From Rhina ancylostomus (taxonomy: Eukaryota), in contig JARFYF010000017.1 of the NCBI GenBank assembly GCA_030265395.1, positions 29,345,415-29,409,414 on the forward strand: DNA of 64,000 bases. The letters are read 5' to 3'. The notes under the pieces were generated by a model, which did not search any database, was not told the DNA's origin, and was given only the letters and a program-made list of their open reading frames with translations. Position numbers and translations under genes: made by a program. Below, piece by piece: positions 26,611 to 37,409 of this stretch. Position 1 is the first letter of the stretch. Each line of letters begins with the position of its first letter.

Positions 26611-27399
26611 TGTCATGCACCAGCAATAGAAGAAACACACTGGGTCATGTATAAGTGTTAAAAGCTATTTTATTAATAACTACGTAGGATAATAAGAAAA
26701 ATAAAAGTAAAAATGTTAGATCTTAAACATTAACCCCAAAAACTAAACTCAAAGTGTGTGTGTGGCAAATTTCCAAACTCCAAGTCCTGGAATAGTTGTC
26801 AAAGTTCAGTTCAGCAAGCCGTAATGTGAAACGTGAGGAAAGGCTTCTGCAAAACCACCACTGACTGAAGAGGAAATGTAGAGAGAAAATAGAGAGTAAT
26901 TATGAAATTCAAATGTTCCACGATGGCACTTATATGACACCTCAATCACAGATGATCTCCATTTCTTTGTTCCGAAGTATCTACCACCCCGAAAGGCATT
27001 CGAGACGTGGCCGTCCACACAAATACCTGTTTCCTTCTACAGGTTAATGACAAAGTGAACTCAACTGGATTATTCCAAAAATCCATATGTGGATTGTAGT
27101 GACAGACACAGTTATTGTTTTCCATCCATCGATACAGAGACTTGCAGGCAGGGGTNNNNNNNNNNNNNNNNNNNNNNNNNNNNNNNNNNNNNNNNNNNNN
27201 NNNNNNNNNNNNNNNNNNNNNNNNNNNNNNNNNNNNNNNNNNNNNNNNNNNNNNNCCCCTCTCTCTCTCTCTCTATCTATCTCACTCTCTCACTCTCTCA
27301 CTCTCTCACTCTCTCACTCTCTCACTCTCTCACTCTCTCACTCACACAACTGTGGTATGTCTTAAAGGGGCATTCACCAATAGTACCTAATCTGTGACA
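26611..27399 (-). mobile_element. Probable solo LTR (Gypsy-like), contains an N-gap
   Basis: Starts TGTCA and ends TGACA (5-bp terminal inverted repeat, TG..CA). Flanks GTAT/GTAC look like a 4-bp TSD with one mismatch. AATAAA lies on the minus strand near the left end. Confidence 0.65.
27256..27345. repeat. (CT)n / (CTCTCTCA)n microsatellite
   Basis: Directly visible next to a gap. It explains the low-complexity ORFs at 27087-27397. Confidence 0.9.
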
Positions 27400-27469
27400 G
27401 TACACTTGTTACCATGGAAATGAGCTGTTTATAAAATTTAATTTGTGGCTCAGAATGTTGTGGGAAGAA

Positions 27470-29620
27470 GGGTTTTGCTTCATGGGGTACTTGCGCCAAC
27501 ACCAATGCTATTCTTTTCGGGTGGACTTATTTTGAAACGGATTTGAACCTTGCAAATCGAATATCTAGGGTAGTGTACAGGACTTTGAAATATTAGGGAA
27601 GATTGGGGGAATAACTCAGTAAAGAATAACTCTAAAATTAGCAAGAGAAATGTTAAACACTAACAACAGAGTATGGTTTGGGGTAATAAAAAATATAAGC
27701 AGAGCAGGTCAGGAAGTCACAATTTATCAATAACTAATGTGGTGTCAGAAAAAAGCAGAAAAACGTCAAACCTCTGGGCACTGTGTCTGAATATACAAAG
27801 TATTTTTAATAAGATGGATTCATTAATCTATAATGGAAGTTAATAGTTTGATCAAGGAGGCAGTAAGCAGGCATGGTTACAAAATGTTATTGGGATTAAA
27901 ATATTCCAGGATGCTTAACTTATAGTTAAAATGAAAAAGGAAGAAGGTGTGGCCTTGATAATGAAGGATAGGACAAAAGCAATAGAGAAAAGATCTTTGC
28001 TCAGATGTTGGTGAGACCGTACTTAGGAGTACTGTGCATAGTTCTGGTTATAGGAAGAATATCTTTAAGCTGGAAGGGGTGCAGAAAAGCTTAACGGGAA
28101 TGTTGTCGGGACTGGATGGCTTGAGTTATAAGGAGAGACTGGGTAGGCTGGGCTGTTTTCCCTGGGGTGTAGAAGGTTTGGGGTGACCTTATTGAGGTAA
28201 ATAGATAGACTCATGAATATGCAGGGAATTGAGGGAGATGGATCGCCAACAGGCAGAAGAGATTTAGTTTACTTTGGCATCGTGTAGCACAGACATTATG
28301 TGCCAAAGGACTTGTTCTTGTGTTGTACTGTTCTGTGTTCTAGAGAGTCTAATAGGAAGGACTTGGAAGAGACGTCAGTTAACAGGGGGGCACAGATTTA
28401 AGTTCATGGGTCAGAGGATTATAAAAGAGTTTAAAATTTGATTTCACTCAATAAATGAAGGCAGAATCTGGACTGTGTAGACATTAAAAAGTTGGAAGTG
28501 CTAGATATCTTTCCACAAACAAAGGTAGATAAATTTGCAGGGATGAACAAGATCTATCCCAGAATGCTATGGGAAACAAGGAAGAAGATTGCTGGGGCCC
28601 TGACACAGATGTTTGCCTCTTCATTAGCCAGAGGCGAGGTGTCAGAAAACTGGAGGATACCTAATGTTGTTCCTTTATTTACGAAGAACAGCAAGGATAA
28701 ACTAGGTAACTACAAGTTTATGAGCTTAAAACAGTAATATGTCATTGTGAACCAAAGTGACATTCAGGGAAAAATGGAAATCAAAACTGCTAAAGGCAGT
28801 ATTATCTGTGCAAAGCAGCAAAATAGATGAATTAGTAGCAGTAAAAATAATTGTTTTAATGTCATAACCAACACATAGAAAAGTTGCATAGTGACATGGT
28901 TGTGAACTAAACACTGCAAGGTATATAACTTTTCAAAGAGAGGTTAAATGGAAAAGGGGCTGTGGCAGTTCTGGTAATAAATGATAGAGACAGTAGAGAG
29001 AAAGATTTAATTTCAGGAAATCAGTTTGGGTGGAGCTTGGGATAAATATGTGACAGAAATCATTGTTTGAGATAGTTTATGGATCTTCTAATAGTATTTG
29101 GAGTGTTGAACAGCGAATAAATTAGAAATTAGGATGTATATAACGGTAAACATGTTCAAAACAAATTTTATACAAATACGACAAATTTACTATAAGTGAA
29201 TGGAGGATGAGTTTGTGGAAGGTAATTAAGATAGTTCTCTGGATTTATATGTAAAGGAACAAACTAGGGAACTTGCTAACATTGTGTAATGACTCTAGTT
29301 TAATAAAACCTCACTGAAGGAGTGACTGGGTAGAAGGATGCATTGAATTTTACACGGTGTTAGCGAGGGATGTTCAGAACTATGCTTTTAAATCTAAACA
29401 AGGTAAACTATATAGGTGTAAGGAGGAAAATGGCTAGGGTAGATTAGGACACGAGAATAAAAATTATGATTATAGATGAGATGGCAGGCATTTAAAAATA
29501 ATTTACAAAAGAAATGTATTTCATTTAAGAATAAAGAAGAACAGTACAAAATAGTCCAAAGGTGACTAATAAAAGAAATTAAAGATGGTATTAGATAAAA
29601 GGAAGAAACACATAGGAGCA
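27470..29620 (+). mobile_element. Composite of CR1 fragments (ORF1/endonuclease remnants with nested younger CR1 pieces)
   Basis: 28010-28340 is a CR1 3' end. ORF 28492..28737 KVDKFAGMNKIYPRMLWE..IAGALTQMFASSLARGEVSENWRIPNVVPLF is classic CR1 ORF2. Confidence 0.8.
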
Positions 29621-30234
29621 AGTTGTGCTGGAACTGGCCTGCAGTCTGGATTTGCCACCAGCCAGCCATCAGCTGGTCCATCTGTGAAGAGCTGAGATCA
29701 CTGGTCCTCCACACCCTGGAGTTGGGTAGTGAAGTTAAGGAGGTGACCAGTGATTTGGCAGCAGGAATTTCTTCCTCTAGAAAGCATCAAAGACTCTTTG
29801 ACATATAAAGATGATCAAAAATTAAATAAACTAAGCATACTTAAAAATAGTTAATTAAAAGCTTTATAAACACTTAGTTTAATGTATTTTTAATTATTCT
29901 GAGAGGAAAATAATCTAAAAAGATTAACAACAAACAGATTAAAAAGATTACTTGCCTTCCTCTGTCTCCTAATCCACAGGCCTGAAATCTTTATTGAAAT
30001 CAGTAGAGCATCCAGTTCTGTGCCGGCTCTGGCTTGATATAGGATCTTAATGTATTGCTGGAGAGATCTGAGCAAGACTAGGCTTGAGTACTGGACTCCA
30101 TAAGAAAGGCTGTTTATCTCTCATTAAATGAAAGACTAATGCATTTGCAGATCATATGTGAAAGTCTGAATATTACTGGCATTTTAGCCAATGTTTCTAT
30201 TCAGAAACAGAGAAAAAGTAGAGCATGAAAGTAA

Positions 30235-30721
30235 GTAGAAAGCAAAAACAGCAGATGCTCGAAATCTAAAATAAAAACAGAAAATGCTGGAAAGGCCCAT
30301 TTGTGAGACTGCCAGCAGAGAGAGCACAGGCAGGCCTGAGGGAGGAGGTTTTTAAAGAGGGAGATGAATGAGAACAAAAGAGGGAGGGAAAAGAATGATT
30401 TTATAAAGCACTGCAGTTACAGGAAATCTGAAAAACGATGCTGGAAATGTACAACAGGGCAGGCAGCATCTGCAGCGAGAGAAACTGTTAATGTTACGGG
30501 TTGATGACCTGTCAGAACTGATACATACTGGAAAGGCTGGTTATCTGAAATGACTTCATTGTGGAGTCTTGAGGGTTGTAACATGGCTCATCAGGAGATG
30601 AGATTTTGTTCCTCAAGCTTGTGTTATGCTGCTTTGGAAGTGCATAAGCTGTCAAAGACTGAGAAGCCGAGTCTCAGGGGGATGGAGAATTCATGCAAAA
30701 GGCAACTGGAAGCGCGGGATC
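30235..30721 (-). mobile_element. Penelope-like element, ORF C-terminus plus pseudo-LTR pieces
   Basis: Minus strand reads DPALPVAFCMNSP...LEEQNLI... (PLE GIY-YIG C-terminus). Terminal-repeat words 'gatgctggaaat...gcagcatctg...gagagaaactgttaatgtt'. Confidence 0.75.
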
Positions 30722-33224
30722 TGTATTTATCATCACTGTATTAAAAGAAAGAATGGCACCAGAGAGTGGCGACATATTGTGTGCAGCTTCTCTATAAAAA
30801 AACAACTTCCTATGATCGTTTTTCTGTAATATCAATCAGATCCAGTGCTGAGAGAGTCATTAATTTTAGCACTGAAAGTTTTCTGTCAATCATCACAGAT
30901 TCAAAGCAACTATCGAGATTACCGATCTTTATTACAACAGCTGCTCCCTGCACAGCTGTGCGTATAAACAAGCTGCAGTACATGGCAGTCAGTGGGTGAG
31001 AGGGAGGCTCCAGGTGCGGCTGAAATGGCGGGGATTTCTCCCTCCCCCCACTCCACTTCCCCAATAACTTCTTCTAACATGCAATCACTCAAGAACAAGC
31101 TTGAAGAGCTCAGGGCAAGGCTGCTGTGTTCTTTGTTTCACTGAAACATAGTTCACCCCTGACTCGCCTGACACTGCACATCAGCCTGAGGGTTTCTCCA
31201 TCTTTCGTATAGACTGTACTGTATCCTCAGGCAAGGAGAAAGGCAGTGGTGTCTGCTTTATGTTCAATGCTTCATGGTGCACTGATGTATCAGTCTTAGC
31301 TCAACTCTGCTCCCCTGAACTGAAATACCTATTCTTAGAATACTGTCCCTTTTATCTACTGAGGGAATTCTCCTCCACCATCTTGTCAGTAGTCTACATA
31401 TCACCTCAAGCTAACATCAAGGTGGCACTGAACAAACTATACTGGCTGTAAGCTCTCTTGAGAGAGTAAACCTTGATGCTGTACTCGTCGTTGCCGGGGA
31501 CTTCAAGCAAGCTAACTTTAGGAACATATTCCCCAACTACCCCATATGGGGTATTAACACTTTAGATTGCTGCTACAACACTACTACACATATTTATTGC
31601 TCCATCCCTTGCCCTCATTTCAGCAAGTCAGATCATTTGTTGGTTCTGCACCTACCATCTTACAGACAGAGACTGAAGAGCGAGGCAACAAAGAAAAGAA
31701 TATTACAGCAATGGTCTGAGGAAGCTGAGGGTCAACTTCAGGATCACCTTGAGTCAGTGGACTGGAACAGGCTCAAGGCCACTTCATCCAGCTTGAATCA
31801 GTATACCTCGGTCGTCACTAGTTTCAAGAAGAAATGTGTTGATGGCTGCGTTCCAACAAAGACAGTTAGAATCTATCCTAACCAGAAACCTTGGATGAAC
31901 AGGCAGATCCACTCTCTGCTAAAGTCCCGATCCGAGGCTGTCAGGCGGGATGACCCTGCACTGTGAAAGAAAGCGAGATNNNNNNNNNNNNNNNNNNNNN
32001 NNNNNNNNNNNNNNNNNNNNNNNNNNNNNNNNNNNNNNNNNNNNNNNNNNNNNNNNNNNNNNNNNNNNNNNNNNNNNNNTGCTAAAGTCCCGATCCGAGG
32101 CTGTCAGGAGGGATGACCCTGCACTGTGAAAGAAAGCTATATAAGGTCTCTTTAAAACTATCAGGGATGTCAAAAGAGAATGCCAGAGCAAGATGGAGGT
32201 TCAATTCAATCAGATGAATGCCAGGTAACTGTAAAATGGCCTGAATACCATCATGGGCTGTAAGGTAAAATCGGGGACGATCTCTGGCAATGATGCATTC
32301 CTACCGGATGAGCTCAGTACATTCGAAGCCCATTTTGAGCAGGCATGTCCCCACCATTCCCTGCTGGCTCTGACTCTTGCATCTTGGTAGCTAAAGTCAG
32401 GTCTGCTTTCATGAAGGTAAGCCCTCAGAAAGCAGCTGACCCAGATGGAGTCCCTGGTCAGGTTCTGAAATCATGTGCTAATCAACTGGCCACTGTCTTC
32501 AACATCTTCAGCTCTCACTTCAACAGTTTACTGTCCCATTCAAGGAAACCTCCATAATTCCAGTCCCCAAGAAAAGTGAAATATGCTCCTGCATTTTAAT
32601 CCTCCTCAATCTGCATACAGGAAAAATAGGTTTCCAAAGGAAGCCATCTCCCTTGTACTGCATTCAGCTCTGGATTACATTGATAATAAGAATACATGTG
32701 TCAGGATGTTACTCATTAATTACAGCTCAGCCTTCCGCACCATAATACCAAATACGCTGATCGCTAAACTCTTGGACCTTGGATTTAGGGCCCTTACTGT
32801 AACTGGCAGACTGCAGTCAGTTAGCATTGGCCTCAACAATTCATCCACTGTGACACTTAACACTGGTGCTCCCAGGGTTGTGTGCTCAGTCCCCTGCTCA
32901 ACATCCTGTATACCCATGACTCTATGGCTAAATATAGCACCAACTCATACTTCCAGTACACTGATGACACCACCATTATAGGTCAGGTCAACAGTTGTAT
33001 TTATTATTATCATGTGTACTGGTTTACTCTGTGAGCTTCATGCGAGCAAGGAATTTCATTGCACTCTGGTATATATGACATTAAACTAATTTGTTGTCCT
33101 CGCTGTACTATATTCATTGTTGGATTTATTATTACCATGTATACTGTTTACTCTGGAAGCTTCACTTAAGCAAGGAATTTCATTACACCCTGGTGTATAT
33201 GATAATAAACTAATCTGTAATCTA
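30722..33224 (+). mobile_element. Rex1/Babar LINE, endonuclease plus RT with internal deletions
   Basis: ORF pieces CPFYLLREFSSTILSVVYISPQA, PTKTVRIYPNQKPWMN, KAADPDGVPGQVLKSCANQL, VRMLLINYSSAF. Rex1-type 3' tails. Flanked by GGATC on both sides. Confidence 0.88.
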
Positions 33225-33375
33225 GGATCACCCTTGTGAACTGAGCAGAAGTATTCCGCAAAGGAGTAATCCAATCTGCATTTGGTTTCTCCAATGTAGA
33301 GACCATATTGTGAGCACTAAATGCAGTACACTAGACTGAATGAAAAGCAAGTGAATAGCTGCTTTGTCTGAAAGC
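33225..33375 (-). mobile_element. Penelope-like element GIY-YIG endonuclease fragment
   Basis: Minus strand reads FTCFSFSLVYCI*CSQYG.LYIGETKCRLDYSFAEYFCSVHKGD, the GIY-YIG signature (VYCI...YIGET). Confidence 0.82.
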
Positions 33376-33384
33376 CTGCAGTCA

Positions 33385-33677
33385 ACAAAGCCTGTAGTCA
33401 ACAGCCTTGAAACAAGATACCCTGAGACCCACTTCATTATTGCAGGTGACTTCAACCAGGCCAGCCTCAAGAATGTGTTACCAAAGTACTACCAGCTTGT
33501 CTCCTGTCCCACTAGGGGCCCTAACCCCCTTGATCATTGCTATGCAACCATCAAAGATGCCTTCCAAGCCACCCCTCACCCTCACTTTGGTAAATCAGGT
33601 CACCAGGCTGTGCTGCTTCTCCCTGCAGACAAACAGAATCTGAAATGGGAGGATCCAGTATAGAAAGTCGTGCAGTG
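33385..33677 (+). mobile_element. Rex1 APE endonuclease fragment
   Basis: ORF 33364..33663 FIIAGDFNQASLKNVLPKYYQLVSCPTRGPNPLDHCY contains the GDFN and LDH motifs. Confidence 0.88.
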
Positions 33678-34204
33678 NNNNNNNNNNNNNNNNNNNNNNN
33701 NNNNNNNNNNNNNNNNNNNNNNNNNNNNNNNNNNNNNNNNNNNNNNNNNNNNNNNNNNNNNNNNNNNNNNNNNNNNNCAATGAATTTCAGACACCAGCCG
33801 AAATGAGAATAAAGCCAAGGACAGAAAACTGCAAAATAAAGCCCTGGATCTCTGTGGCATTAATCTGTTGACCTGAGCATAGAATGAATACCCTAAAGCT
33901 GATTTAACCTAAGTTTAGAACATAGCTGCCAAAATGTACACAACACAATATCTTGGTCGAGGAGACATCTGTTTATTTTCCAGTTCTTAAATAAACCTGC
34001 CTTAGAACTCTCGAGCCATTATAGAAAACAAAAGTCTGATATTCCACATGGATCTGAACACAGCAGTTTGAAGTACATCAGGATTGATTTTAATTGGCAG
34101 ATGGAGAAAGGATGTCAGATATTGAATTCACATCCCTGCCCCATTTTCCCTTACTTACATGACCATCCAAGATGACACCAGACCGTGGCAACTTTTTGTG
34201 AGAT

Positions 34205-34470
34205 GTCTTCAGCAGATCCATTATTATGAGAGAATGAGTCCATTTGGGTCCATGCTGGCTCCCAGTAGAGCAATTCCATCACTTCCATTCCCCCACCTAC
34301 ACACACTAAAGGTAATTTGCAGAATCCAATTAACCCAGCATTTCTCTGAGAGGAAGCACACTCTCAGAGGAATGAACACGCAAACTCTACATGAACAGCA
34401 TCCAAAGTCAGGACTGGATGCAGGCGGTGAGAGTGTGAAGCAGCAGCACAAACTGCTGCACCTCTGTGGC
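34205..34470 (-). mobile_element. HE1/V-type SINE, decayed
   Basis: 'ccaattaacccagcat...gaacacgcaaactctacatgaacagcatccaaagtcaggact...gtgaagcagcagcacaaactgctgcacc' reads as a reversed tRNA-headed SINE with a CR1-like tail. Confidence 0.65.
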
Positions 34471-34975
34471 TTTGTAATGGTACTTCTACCACAGCAGCAC
34501 TTCTTTAAATCCCGCAAAAGGACAGCTGTATTGTGTGGCTGTGTGTCTTATGTTTAGTTATGTCATTGTGCAACTGGGTGTGAAAGCACACCTGCCCATC
34601 TCTCACTTTGCCCACAACATAAGTGATTACAATCAACTTCCCAAAACTTCCCAAGATTAAAAATTCAAAGAAAAGTTCAGGCCTCCTTGACATACTCTTT
34701 GTTCCTTTATTTTCAATTAATGAAATTGAAAACGCTGATTTGAGAATTTCAAGAGGGGGTATTGAAGACTCTCAAATCGCATGGTTCACATGACCAACTG
34801 CTGAGCATCCAGCTAGCTAGTCTCCATCAGGATGGTGAGAACTTAGTGTCACTGTCTTGGGCTGGAGAAGAATAATTGGATCTATCCTTGGGAGGTTAAA
34901 GTTACGTGTCCTTCCAACTGTTGGATCTGAGCACCACCTGAAGCAACTAGTCCAGAGGAAACCAGTGGAGAGGGT

Positions 34976-35005
34976 CAACAACAACAACAACAACAGCAAC
35001 AACAA
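34976..35005. repeat. (AAC)n microsatellite
   Basis: caacaacaacaacaacaacagcaacaacaa. It produces the poly-N and poly-L pseudo-ORFs. Confidence 0.9.
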
Positions 35006-35019
35006 TACCCCACGAAAAA

Positions 35020-35125
35020 TAGGAGTTGCTAGATATCTGAAATGAAACAAATATTCTTAAGCAACCAGCAGTTCAGTCAGCATCTGTGGAAAGAACAGAC
35101 AAGGTTTCAAGTGTTGTCCCTAGAT
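35020..35125 (-). mobile_element. Penelope pseudo-LTR fragment
   Basis: 'ctagatatctgaaatgaaac...cagcagttcagtcagcatctgtggaaaga' matches the words at 30240-30520. Confidence 0.55.
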
Positions 35126-35669
35126 CCAAATGAAATGTTGATTGATATCTGACTGTTGATTTGCTTTAGAAGGTCATAAACTGAGACAGAACATTAAAGG
35201 TATCTGTAGGGGTAGAAGTACAACAGGGGCAAATAATTCTGGAATTACTATAAAACAATGTCTACCTGACAGATTTCACTGTTACCAAGTTATTTAAATT
35301 CAATTGTTACTACAGCAGATCAGAGGTTAAATATTTACCAGCAAGTGTCTTGCCTCCTGAGTAATTTCTCCCCACACAATAACCAGTCATCAGCAATCCA
35401 GTTATTGACAATTCCATTCTGCTATTGCTGTACCAGATATCAGCAATAGGTACACAGATGTCTCTTCAATGCAATGACTCACCTTCAAAGAGATATTTAG
35501 AAGTACATAAACAAGAATTTAAACACCATGATTTTCCATCAGAATCAAAGTGCAAAAAATACGGAGCAGGTCATCATATCTTGCATGATATAATAATAGA
35601 ATAGTGAACTGAATTGTTTTTTGTTACATTCTGGTAATGTCAAGATCAGGCAGAATGTCCTATCAGCAC

Positions 35670-35775
35670 ATTATGATGAAAACATTAACTTTGTCCCTCT
35701 CCCCACTGGTGCTGCCTGATCTCTAGAGCATTTCCAGCATTTTGTGTTTTATTTCAGACTTCCAGCATTTTCTTT
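35670..35775 (+). mobile_element. Penelope pseudo-LTR fragment
   Basis: 'aaacattaact...gctgcctgatct..gagcatttccagcattttgtgttttatttcagacttccagca'. Confidence 0.65.
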
Positions 35776-36274
35776 GTGATTTTCCATCTGTTTCAATTTT
35801 AGTTCTAGCCACCAAGGAGACATGCAGAATAATTACAACACAGTTTTTAAACTGTTGTGGCTGGGGAGGGAATCTCCTCACTCATTCAAAGTATAAATAG
35901 TTGTCCTCTACATCCTGCATGCCAATCCAAGATAATCCTGGCCCATAGAAAGAACTTGACTGTTTAATTTTCTTCTAACCCTGCTGCTCCTTCCAACTAA
36001 TTTCAAGAACAGCAACACCTTCTGACTGAATTATTCCATGTTAGAATGGCATCAGGCCCTGAATCATTTGAATTATATCATCACACTATTGCAATTTGAG
36101 GTTCTCACTCACCTGCAACTGGGATATAGGACACTAACCAAACCCCAGGAGTCAGAACCATTACTGGCATGAATGTAGCTTTATTCTTCCCCAATTTTAA
36201 CAGGCCCTTTCCCTCCCAGTTTTCATTGGGTATACTGACAGCACTTTAAATAGGGAAAGGAATGAAAGTTCATC

Positions 36275-36358
36275 AGAGACACAAGAAATTCTGCAGATGC
36301 TGGAATCTGGAGCAATTCACAAAAAGTGCTGGAAGAACTCAGCAGGTCAGAACAGCAT
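36275..36358 (-). mobile_element. Penelope pseudo-LTR fragment
   Basis: 'ctgcagatgctggaatctggagcaa...gtgctggaagaactcagcaggtcag' is the reverse of 58180-58250. Confidence 0.75.
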
Positions 36359-37063
36359 TGAACTGTGTTCACGTCACATCATGGTGGAGGGCATACCATT
36401 CTGTTCACCTAGTACAAAAAGTCTCAAATACCTGTGTCTGGGTCCTTGTGTTGGGAATATCCACTGGTGACCCTGACTGGGTAGCAACTTGCATATCAGC
36501 ATCCAAAAAAGAAACAAAAGGGAATTGCACTTAAAAGGCATCTTTCATGAGATTCAGGTCAATAAGAGTTTGTAATGCAGGGGTTCATAAAGCTGGGAAT
36601 CTTTATCTCTGTACATACAGCACTTGGCTCTGGGAGATGCAGCATCCCCTCACTGCACTGGCCTCATGGGTTCAAAGCATCAGCCCAGAGGCACAACCTG
36701 ATGGGCCATTAGAAGTAATGACTGATGTCCTTAACGTGTAATTAAAACAGCAAAATAAAACGAATTACTATGCTTATAGCAGGATTGGGCAAAAGATGGT
36801 CAAAAGTTACCTTTACCAGGGTATAATTAGCATTGAAGTGTTATAAGTACTGAATTTATTCAGCAAATATTCCTTTGAATAACAATGTGTATTTTATTTA
36901 ACCAAGTGAAGAATTGTTAATGTGATTGTCAAAATGAGATGATCAACAGTGTTGGAGCAAATAGTTGCATTGTAAGCAGGATGAATACAGAGGCAAATAA
37001 AAACAAGGTACTAGAAAAATAAACAGCTTTCCAAGGGTAAAGCAGTCCATCACACAAACAGAA

Positions 37064-37185
37064 AGGGAGTTGTGGGTATGCTATGTTGGCACCAGAAGCG
37101 TGGCAACACTTGGAGGCTGCCCCAGAACACTCTACGCAAAAGGTACATCTCACTGTGTGTTTCGATGTACATGTGACTGATAAAC
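37064..37185 (+). mobile_element. SINE 3' fragment with Rex1-like tail
   Basis: Same family as 5838-5955, in the opposite orientation. Confidence 0.75.
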
Positions 37186-37409
37186 ATATATTTCGTATAA
37201 TTTCAGAATGGTGATACCAATATTGGGAAGCAAGGCCTGACAGCACATTCCTCCCCTGAGCTCAAATCCTTCATTAGCCATGGTTCCCACCCTCAGCAGG
37301 ACTGGACATCGAGGACTTAGGCACCTGCTTCATTTCACCACTTATCAGTTGCGTCCGTGCCAAGCCAATAAAGGAAGCAGCGTTCACTGTTTTTTTTAAT
37401 TATTATTAT

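Noticed and set aside
34817-35050. Poly-Leu signal-peptide-like ORF and poly-Asn ORF
   Set aside because: Both are produced by the (AAC)n microsatellite.
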